From the NCBI RefSeq assembly GCF_009914755.1, contig NC_060947.1: 64,000 nucleotides of DNA; one strand, given 5' to 3'. The notes beneath the pieces are model-generated. The model was not told where the DNA came from. It saw only the letters and a program-made list of their open reading frames with translations, and ran no database searches. This DNA is from the human T2T-CHM13v2.0 reference genome, Homo sapiens. A program made the translations under genes and the position numbers. Shown here one piece after another: positions 52,862 through 64,000 of the stretch. How positions within the stretch are numbered: position 1 is the first letter of the stretch; every line of letters begins with the position of its first letter.

Positions 52862-53956
52862 TGTTGCGGGAAGTCAGGGACCCCAAATGGAGGGACCAGC
52901 TGTGGTCATGGCAGAGGAACATAGATTGTGAAGATTTCATGGACATTAATCAGTTCCCAAAATTAATACTTTTATAATTTCTTACGCCTGTCTTTACTGC
53001 AATCTCTGAACATAAATTGTGAAGATTTCATGGACACTTATCACTTCCCCAATCAATACCCTTGTGATTTCCTATGCCTGTCTTTACTTTAATCTCTTAA
53101 TCCCATCATCTTCGTAAACTGAGGAGGATGTATGTCGCCTCTGGACCCTGTGATGATTGCATTAACTGCACAAATTGTTTGCAGAGCATGTGTGTTTGAA
53201 CAATATGAAATTTGGGCACCTTGAAAAAAGAAAAGGATAACAGCAATGTTCAGGGAATAAGAGAGATAACCTTAAACTCTGACCACCAGTGAGCTGGGCG
53301 GAACAGAGCCATATTTCTCTTCTTTCAAAAGCAAATGGGAGAAATATCGCTGAATTCTTTTTCTCAGCAAGGAACATCCCTGAGAAAGAGAATGTGTCCC
53401 TAAGGGTAGGCCTCTGAAATGGCTGCTTCAGGGGCAGCTGTCTTTTATGGTCGCAGCTGTAGGGATGAAATAAGCCCCAGTCTCCCGTAGTGCTCCCAGG
53501 CTTATTAGGATGAGGAAATTCCCGCCTAATAAATTTTGGTCAGACTGGTTGTCTGCTCTCAAACCCTGTTTCCTGATAAGACGTTATCAATGACAATGCG
53601 TGCCCAAAACTACTTAGCAATTTTAATTTTGCCCCGGTCCTGTGGTCCTGTGGTCCTGTGATCTCGCCCTGCCTCCATTCACCTTGTAATATCTTATTAC
53701 CTTGTGAAGCATGTGATCTCTGTAATCCACACCCTATTCATACACTCCCTCCCCTTTTGAAAATCGCTAATAAAAACTTGCTGGTTTTATGGCTCAGGGG
53801 TCATCACAGAACCTGGTGACATGTGATGTCTCCCCCAGACACCCAGCTTTAAAATTTCTCTCTTTTGTACTCTGTCCCTTTATTTCTCAGACCAGCCGAC
53901 ACTTAGGGAAAATAGAAAAGAACCTATGTGACTACTGGGGGCAGGTTCTCCCAATA
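52862..53956 (+). mobile_element. MER11 solo LTR (HERV-K11/HML-8; MER11C/B-like)
   Basis: Starts 'tgttgcgggaagtcagggacccc', has the duplicated 'attgtgaagatttcatggaca' block and AATAAA at ~53769. Perfect 6-bp TSD ctctta (52856-52861 / 53957-53962). Confidence 0.95.
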
Positions 53957-56169
53957 CTCTTAGGTCTAATAGAGCAATTCAGTAAAGTTTCAGGATATAA
54001 AATCAACATATAAAAATCAGTAGCATTTTTATACACCAATAATAAACTTGCTGAGAAAGAAATCAAGAAAGCAATCTCATTTACAATAGCTACAAAAAAA
54101 TATATGGGAATAAATTGAGCCAAGGAGATGGAAGATCTCTACAAGGAAGGCTACAAAATACTGAGGAAAGAAATAGAAGAGTACACAACCAAATGGAATG
54201 ACATTCCATGCTCATGGACTGGGAAATATATTATTATTAAAATGGTCATACTGCCCAAAGCAATCTACAGATTCAATGCAATCTCTATCAAAATATCAAT
54301 GTCATTTCTCACAAAATAAAAAAAAAAATCCTTAAATTTGTAAGGAACAGAGAAAGAGCTCAAATAGCCAAAGCAATCTTGAACAAACATTGCAAAGCTG
54401 GAAACATCACATTAGTTGACTTCAAAATATATTACAAGGCTATAGTAAACAAAACAGCATGGTATGGGTAAATAAAAATAGATACATAGACCAACGGAAC
54501 AGAATAGAGAACCCAGGAATAAATCTATGTATTTAGAGTCAACGGATATTTAACAAAGGTGGCAAAAACATACCATAGAAAAATGTCACCCTCTTCAATA
54601 AATTGTACTGGGACAATTGGTTGTCCACATGCAGAATAATGAAACTTCACACCTATCTCTCATCGTATAAAAAACAACACACAATAGATTAAAGACTTAA
54701 AGGTAAGACCCCAAATTATAAAACTACTGGAACAAAACAGGGAAAATACTTCAGGACATTGATCTAGGCAAAGATTTGATGGCTAAGACCTCAAAAGCAC
54801 AGACAATAACAATAGACAAATGGGACTATATTAAACTAAAAAGCTTCTGCACAACAAAGGCAACAAGAAACAGAGTAAAGAGACAACCTATTGAATGGGA
54901 GAAAACATTTGCAAACTGTACATTCAACAAGGGGCTAATATCCAGAATAGACAGGGAACTCAACAGTATAAAAAAAAAATCCCAATAAAAACTAAGCAAA
55001 GTACTTGAACAGACATTTCTCTAAAGAAGACATACGGATGACCAAGAGGTATATGAAAAAATACTCTACTTCACTTATCATCAGACATATGCAAACCAAA
55101 ACCACAATGAAGTATCATTTTAACCCAGTTAGAATGGCTATTACGAAAAGATAAAAAAATAATAACAGATGCTGGTGAGTATGTGGAGAAAAGGAAACTC
55201 TTATATACTGTTGGTAGAAATGCAAATTAGCACAGCAACCATGGAAAACAGTAAGGAGAGTTCTAATAAACCTAAAAATAGAGATACCATTTGAGCCAGC
55301 AATCTCACAACTAAAAATATATCCAAAAGAAATGAGTGTATCAGAGGGATACCTGTACCCCCATGTTTATTGCAGCACTATTCACAATAGCCAAGATATG
55401 GAATCAACCCTAGTGTTCATCAGTGGACTGAAGGATAAAGAAAATGTGGTATATATACACAATAATATTATTTGACCATAGAAAAGAATAAAGTCATGCC
55501 ATCTGCAGCAACATGGATGGAACTGAAACTCATTATCTTAAGTGAAATAAGCCAGACACAGAAAGACAAATATCATGTGTTCTCACTCACATGCAGGAGA
55601 TAAAAAAATTAATCTCATGGAGGTAGAAAATACAACGAAAGACACCAGAGTCTGATAATGATGTGTGTGGTAGTGTGTCGGGGATAAAGAGAGGTTGGTT
55701 AATGGGCACAAATATAAAATTAGGTAGGAGGTATAACTTCTAATGTTTGATAGCAGAGTATGGTGACTACAGCAACAATGTGTTGTATACTTCAAAGTAG
55801 CTAGAAGAAAGGACTTGCAATGTTTCCCACACAAAGAATTGATAAGTTCTTAAGGTGATGGATCCCTAAAATACTCTGACTTGATCATTACACCTTCTAT
55901 GAATGTAAGAAATACTCACACGTAGCCTATAAATTTGTAAAACATTATGTATCAGTTAAGAAACAGATGTTTTCAGAAAAACCAAAATGAGACACTTTAC
56001 CAGCCACAGACACCCACTAAAGGAGATTTTAAAGTATATAGTTCAGGCTCAAAAAGGAATCATTCCAGAAGGAGATGCTGAGATGTCAAAAGAAATGTTG
56101 AGTCAAGAAATTGGTAAATTTGTGCATATATCTAAACAAATATTGACTGCATAAAAATTAATAAAAATG

Positions 56170-56288
56170 CCATGTACTAAACATGTGGGAATAACCAAGT
56201 TATACTAAAATGACCATGTACTAAACATGTGGGAATAACCAAGTTATACTAAAATGACCATGTACTAAACATGTGGGAATAACCAAGT
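56170..56288. repeat. Perfect 44-bp minisatellite, 2.7 copies
   Basis: Unit ccatgtactaaacatgtgggaataaccaagttatactaaaatga starts at 56170, 56214 and 56258. Confidence 0.97.
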
Positions 56289-57562
56289 AAAAGTTGATCT
56301 AAAATCTGGAAATATTGCATATCATTTTGCAGAGGATAGGAGTTAAGTGTTCAAAGTCCTTGCATAATTTGAAGGAGTGTGAAGATGTTGATTAACTTTA
56401 GACTATGTTGAGTATGCATGTTAACACTTTGGGGAAATATGAAATGAGACCCAGAAAGCCCTGATCAATCCAAAGTAAGGCAATAAAGAAAAAATACACC
56501 AATATAAAAAGCAAAATAAATGAAAAACAATACCTAAGGTGGTAGAAATAAATCCTTATTATACCTGTGATCACCATAAATTTAAATGAATTAAAATACA
56601 ATGATTGTCAGATGTGAAACAAAATAAAATGTACCTATATGATACTTAAAAAGACATATGAGAAACAAAATGGCATAGGAAGGCCAAAATTAATAAATGA
56701 GAAAAGATACATTATGCAAATACTAATCAAATGAAAGCTAGTATATCTAAGCTGGCAAAAATATAATCAATAAATATGTAAGTATTTGAACAGTATAATT
56801 AAAAATTTTGATCTAATGGACTCAGCAATTGTAAAATATATGTTATTTTCAACTACACACAAAAACTTACAGAAATTGACCATGTACTAAACCATAAAGC
56901 AGATCCTAAATTTCACAGAACAGGTATTATGTAGATCATATTATTTCTTCAGAATTCAATTAAGTTAGAAATTAGAAGGCATTAAAAGCCTAAATAAGTG
57001 GATATGGGTAGAAAGGCCTAATATATATGCCAATTCTTTCTAAATTGAATTTTAGATTTAATACAACAAAAATCAGAATTCAAAAGGGGTGTGTGTGTGT
57101 GTGTGCGCACGTGCAGGTGTAATTTAAGCATTTGATTCTAAGATTCACATAGAAGAACAAAAGCTAGCCATAACCAAAACACTAATGACAAAGAACAAGG
57201 GGTTGAAGAGGTCTTGCATTAACAGATATAAAGGTCATAATAAGGCAAGAAACCATAAGATAGTACAGCATTTGTTTAGAGATAGACTAAGAGTCCCACA
57301 AAGTAGTAAAACTTTCATAAATGGACCATCTTATATATCTAAATGATTTCTTATAGACCTAGTATTGGAAGTCAATGGGTAAAGTATGAAATATCCAACA
57401 AATTATTCTTGGACAATTGATTATCTATACAGAAAAACATAAACTATATTATATACAAAATCAGTTTTATATTGATTAAAGGCAAATATGAAAAGAAAAA
57501 CTAGAAAACTTTTATAAGACAACTTAAAAGGATATATTTATGACCTTGGTAAATGAAAGGAT

Positions 57563-57863
<301 letters not shown>

Positions 57864-58229
57864 AATGCAACTGACAATATAGAATTTATAAATATGACTA
57901 TATAAAAATTAAGACACAATAACTAAAGTGAAATTAGGAGTCATAATTTATAGAAGATACAATAAGAATTGGATAATTTAATTTTTAAAATGAGCAAATA
58001 AATTTAAAAAGTATTTAATTGAAAAAGAGCACAGAAGACCAAAACATGCATGAAAAATGCAACCGCAACCTAGTAGTAACTGGGAAATACAAACTAAATG
58101 TGATATCACTTCAAATCTATCAGATTCATAAAAAAAGAAAATATCTGACATTATTGAATACTGACAAGGATGTGGAGCAGTCAGAGCTTTCATACACTTT
58201 CATATTTAGGAGCAAAAAGCGGTACACAA

Positions 58230-60793
58230 TTGTACTGAAACTGTTTTAAAAAATGGAGAAGAGACTTGTCCCTAACTCATTTTATGAAGCCTGCATCACC
58301 ATGTAAAACCTGGCAAAGACAATGGGGGAAAAAAAAAAAACAGGCAAAGGCCAATATCCCTGATGAACATTAGATACAAAAATCCTCAACAAAACACTAG
58401 CAAAACAAATTCAGCAGCACATCAAAAAGTTAATTTGCCATGATCAAGTAGGCTTCATTCCTGGGATGGAAGGTTAGTTCAACATACACAAATCAATAAA
58501 TGTGACTTGTCACATAAAAAGAATTAAAAACAAAAACCTTATGATAATCTCAATCGATGTGGGAAAAGCTTTTGATAAAATCTAACATCCCTTCATGATA
58601 AAAACCCTCAACAGATTAGGCATTGATGGAACATAACTCAAATAATAAGAGCCATCTATGACAAACCTACAACCAACATCATACTGAATGGACAAAAGCT
58701 GGACGCATTCCCCTTGAGAACTGGAACAAGACAAGGGTGCCCACTCTCACCACTCCTATTCAACATAGAACTGGAAGTGCTTGCCAGACGAATCAGGCAA
58801 GAGAAAGAAATACAAGGCATCTAAACAGTAAAAGTTGTCAAACTATCTCTCCTCAATGACAATATAATTCTATATCTAGAAAATCCTAGACTCCACCAAA
58901 AGGGTTTTGGAACTAATAAACAACTTCACTAAAGTTTCAGGATACAAAATAAATGTACAAAATTCAGTAGCATTTCTATACACCGATAATTTTCGAGCTG
59001 AGAGCCAATCAAGAATGCAATCCCATTTACAACAGCCACAAACACACAAAATAAAATGCATAGAAATATATCTAACCAAAAGGGTTAAATACCTCTTCTA
59101 GGAGAACTATAAAACACTGCTTAAAGACATCATAGATGACACAAACAAATGGAAAAACATTGCATCCTCATGGGTTGGAAGAATCAATCTCATTAAAATG
59201 GCCATACTCTACAAAGCAATCTATAGATTCAATGCTATTTGTATCAACCTACCAGCATCATTTTTCACAGAATTAGAAAAAACTATTCTAAAATTCATAT
59301 AAAACTAAAAAAGAGCCTGAATAGCAAAAGCAATTCTAAGCAAAAAGGACAAAACTGGAGGCATCACATTACCCAACTTCAAGCTATACTGTAAGACTAC
59401 AGTAACCAAAATAGCATGGTACTGGTACAAAAACAGACACATAGACCAATGGACCAGACTGAGAGAACCCAGAAATAAAGGTACACACCTACAGCCTCCT
59501 TTGGTTGACCTTTGACAAAGTCATCCAAAATAAGGAATGTGGAAAGGACTCCTTATTCAATCAGTGGTGCTGTGATAACCAGCTAGCCATATGCAGAAAA
59601 ATGAAGCTGGATGCCTACCTTTCACCATATAAAAATTTACTCAAGATGGATTAAACATTTAAATGTAATACTTTAAACTCTAAAAATTCTAGAACATCTA
59701 GGAAACACCATCCTGGACACTGTCCTTGAGATAGAATTTATGACTACATTTTCAAAAACAACCACAACAAAACCAAAAATTGACAAGTGAGACCTAATTA
59801 AAGAGCTTCTGCACAGCAGAAGAAACTATCAACAGAGTAAACAGACAACCTGTAGAATGGGAGAAAACATTCACAAACTCTGCATCTGAGAAGGGTCTAA
59901 TATCCAGAATCTATAAGGAACTTAAAGAGTTCAACAAGCAAAAAACAAATAACCCCACTAAAAAGTGGACAAAAACATGAACAGTCACTTCTCAAAATAA
60001 TACATCCAAGAGGCCAACATAGGAAAATATGCTCCACATCATCAATCATCAGAGAAATGCAAATCAAAGCCACAGTGAGATACCATCTCACACCTGTCAG
60101 AATGGCTATGATTAAAAAGTCAATAAACACAGATACTGGTGAGGCTGTGGAGAAAAGGGAACACTTATACATTGTTGGTGGGAATGTAAATTAGTTCAGC
60201 CACTCTGAAAAGCAGTTTGGAGGTTTCTCAAAGAACTTAAAACAGAGCTACCATTTGACCCAGAAATCCCATTACTATTATTATCCAAAAGAAAATAAAT
60301 CATTCAACCAAAAAGACACATGTATGTTGATTGCAGCACTATTCACAGTAGCAAAGACATGGAATCAACCTAGGTGCCCATCAACCATGAATTGGATAAA
60401 GAAAATGTGGTACATACACACCATGGAATACTATGGAGCCATAAAAATGAATGAAATCATGTCCTTTGCAGCAACATGAATGCAACTGGAGGCCATTATC
60501 CTAAGCAAATTAATGTTGGAACGGAAAAGCAAATATCACACGTTTTCACTTACAAGTGGGAGCTAATCAATAGGTACTCATGAACATAAAGATGACAACA
60601 ATAGACATTGGGAACTACTGGATGGGGGGAGGAAGGAGGGGGCAAGAGTTGAAAAATTATTAGGTGCTATGCTCAGTACCTGGATGATGGAATCCATCAT
60701 ACCCCAAACCTTAGCATCATTCAATATACCCATGTAACAAACATGGGCATGTATCACCTGAATTTAAAATAAAAGTTGAAATTATTTTTAAAA
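58230..60793 (+). mobile_element. 5'-truncated L1PB-like element (~2.6 kb)
   Basis: ORF2 RT to C-terminus plus an L1PB-type 3'UTR ending 'aaaataaaagttgaaattattttt'. TSD aaaaagcggtacacaa / aaaaagtggtacaaaa. Confidence 0.92.
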
Positions 60794-60823
60794 AGTGGTA
60801 CAAAAACTTTGAGAAAAAATTTG

Positions 60824-60827
<4 letters not shown>

Positions 60828-60864
<37 letters not shown>
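60828..60864. repeat. (CA)n microsatellite
   Basis: About 18 uninterrupted CA units. Confidence 0.95.
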
Positions 60865-60868
<4 letters not shown>

Positions 60869-61525
60869 ATGACTCGGCAATTCTACTTCTGTGTTCTATG
60901 AATACTCCCTAGAGAAATCTCTTATACCCATTTACAAGAAGAAAGGTAAAGCAATGTTTGCAGTAGTAAGAGAAGGAAGAAAGAAAAAAAAAACAGGAAG
61001 CAATTATATGCACTAAAACAGGAGAAGAGAAAAGAACAACACATTGTAGCATGCCATAGAATGGAATAGTAAAGAGCTGTAAAAAGAATGATCCATAGCT
61101 ACAGGCAACAACATGGAAAGACCATATTACTATAAGGTCAAATAAAAACAACACAACCAAACAAAAACAAATCTCAGAGGATTAGCTAAAGAATAATTTC
61201 ATTACTATTACATTTAAAAATATACAAAATTAAACATATTAATTATGAATACAAACATATGTGATAAAAATGCATTGAAATGTTAAAAGTCAGTATAATA
61301 GTTGCTTCAGGGAGAAGGATGGGATTGGGGGAAATGAGGTTGGGGTGGGACATAGCATGGAGCTTTAATATTTGATCTATGTTAATTTTGTAAGCTAGGT
61401 AGTGACTAAACAGGGATTGGATTGTTATATGTGTGTTTTTGTGTGCATGTGCCTGCATATATGTTTTTGCATCTGTATGTACACATATTTTTTATTAATA
61501 AATGTTATTCTTAAGAACACTTTTA

Positions 61526-61826
<301 letters not shown>

Positions 61827-61829
61827 CCC

Positions 61830-62940
61830 ACTTTTAGGTTCACAGCAAAATTGAGTCAAAAGTACAGAGTACATGTACTCTTTTTCCTCACACAAGCACA
61901 ACCTCCCCCGTTATGGAAATCTCCCACCACAGTGGTACATTTGTTACAACTGATGAACCTACATTGACACATTATTTTCACCCAAAGTCCACAGATTACA
62001 TTAAGGTTCGCTCTTGGTGTTGTATATTCTATGGGTTTGAACAAATGTATAATAACATGCATCCTCCACTACATACATACATACATTACATACAGAGTAG
62101 ATCTCTATATCTCCTCTGTGTTCCACTTTTTCATTCTTCCCCTCCTCCTAACTCCTGACAACCACTGATCTTTTTACTGTCTATAGTTCTTGCCTTTTCT
62201 AGAATGTCACCTAAATTGAACTTATACAGTATGTAGCCTTTTCAGATTGACTCATTTCAATTTAGGAATATGTATTTAAGTTTCCTCCATGTATTTTTAT
62301 GGCTTGCTAGCTTGCTTCATTTTAGCACTGAATAATATTCCATTGTCTGAATGTACCACAGTTTATCCATTCACCTACTGAAGAACATTGTGGTTGCTTC
62401 CCAGTTTTGGCAATTATGAATAAAACCACTATAAACATCCTTGTGCAGGTTTTCGTGTGGTCATAAGATTTCAATTCATTTGGGTAAATACCAAGGAGTG
62501 TGATTGCTGAATCTTATGGTAAGAGCATGTTTCGTTTTGTAACAAACTGCTAAATTATGTTACAAAGTGACTGTACCACTTTGCAATGAATGAGAGTTCC
62601 TGTTGCTCTACAATCTCACTAGCATTGGTGTTGTCAGTGTGCTAATAGGTATGTAGTGGTTGTTTTAATTTTCAATTCCCTAATGACATATGTTGTTGAA
62701 CGTCTTTTTGTATGCTAATTGCCAGCTTTATATCTTCTTTGATGAGATGTCTGTTAAGGACTTTTGCCCATTGTTTTCACTGCTTTGTTCATTTTCTTAT
62801 TGAGTTTTAAAGGTCCTTTGTATGTTTTGGATAACAGTCCTTTATCAGATATATCTTCTGCAAATATTTTCTCCCAGTTTGTGTCTGGTCTTCTTATTCT
62901 TTTGATATGTCTGTCACAGAGGAGAAGTTTTTTGTGTTTG
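61830..62940 (-). mobile_element. L1MC1/L1MB-like 3' fragment
   Basis: 'ttttaggttcacagcaaaattgag...gtggtacatttgttacaactgatgaacctacattgacac...ggtaaataccaaggagtgtgattgctg'. Confidence 0.85.
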
Positions 62941-64000
62941 ATTTCTGGTTAAAAAAAATTAAAAAGCACATCCCTCTTAGGACTGCAGTTTAGAATTTTA
63001 ATTTACCATCATGAACACTATTTTTAAACTTGTGGAGGGTGTAGAAAGGTGATAACATGAATGTATGAATTTTTCAACAGTTTATGTGCTCATCCTTTAT
63101 CACAATACACAGACTATCCTTTTAAATTGTATTAAAAACTCCACGGTTTCCTGCTATGTTATCTTGGTGTCTTGGCATATAATAACGTTTCTTACAAGGG
63201 GTAAGGGGTGCCACAGAAGTTATCTTTATGGTTGAACATGATCTGGCAGTTCAATATATTAGCAGGCTACATTACCTAGGTCTACAGTGAATTGCATAAA
63301 CATTCAGCCTAGTAAAGTAATGCTGCTTTGTAAAAGCTCAAGTATCTTACCCTTGATTTTATTAGAATTCACAATCTTTTCCTTAGTGTATCCCTGTAAA
63401 GTACAGAATAGAATTTCTGAACAGCTTACACTGAATATTAAAGGAAAGGAAAGTCGCTGACAAAGTCAAGGAATTCTTTTTTTTGTTCTCTTTCCCTTTG
63501 AGTAGTGTAATAAACCATTCAGGTAGGTTCTCTGCATTCCAGACATGCAGGCTTCCATGGATGAAGTCCTTCCTCCACAAGTCAACTGCCTTGCTGTCAG
63601 CTCCAATGTCAGTCCCTTCAGACTCTCTGTTTCCATAATATACCCTGACCTGGCATGACCACCTCCTTCATGGTTCAGGAGTCATTGAAAAGCCAGCAAA
63701 GATCAGAGCTGGGTCTCTCCTGAATGAAGCCACTGACTGTGCCCAATTTATATAATTATAGCCAGACAACTGTTCTCTTGGGACTCAGCAGAGGCAAAGA
63801 GAGATGGATTTCTACCACAGTGTTAGAAAATAAAGGACAGTTTCTTATTTTGTAAGCCACCCAGGTGTAGGATTGGACAACATATCACCACTTAGCATTT
63901 GGACAGCAAACTGTTCAGAAATCTATAACCTGTCTCGTGTCACATAGCTGGAGAGAGAACTTTTTTTTTTTTTTTTTCACATCTTTCAGACTTGCTAGCT

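Noticed and set aside
56170-56288. Repeat array considered as CRISPR-like
   Set aside because: Head-to-tail identical units with no spacers, in primate DNA. It is a minisatellite.
63383-63720. Short ORF and splice-like motifs near the window end
   Set aside because: No recognisable homology or exon structure that I can support.

Overview
Primate (very likely human) genomic DNA, AT-rich and dominated by interspersed repeats. I can support no intact protein-coding gene or RNA gene. Almost every ORF in the track is a fragment of L1 ORF1/ORF2, an Alu reading frame, low-complexity sequence or the RPL6 retrocopy. Main contents: a 2.3-kb (TA)-rich array whose left end is closed by an inverted copy of its unique flank (PATRR-like); a full-length but disabled L1PA7-type element on the minus strand; a full-length RPL6 processed pseudogene with 5'TOP start, poly(A) and TSD, nested in an old L1MA; two long older L1MA elements carrying nested Alus and a MER11 (HML-8) solo LTR; several MaLR/ERV LTRs, DNA-transposon remnants, MIR/L2/L3 relics and a perfect 44-bp minisatellite. 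I found no evidence of a new multi-gene system. The most interesting signals are structural: template-switch and fold-back events, shared variants between two neighbouring L1s, and an internally deleted L1 with intact TSDs. Repeat subfamily names come from recalled consensus sequences and need confirming with RepeatMasker/Dfam. Boundaries of the old repeats are approximate.
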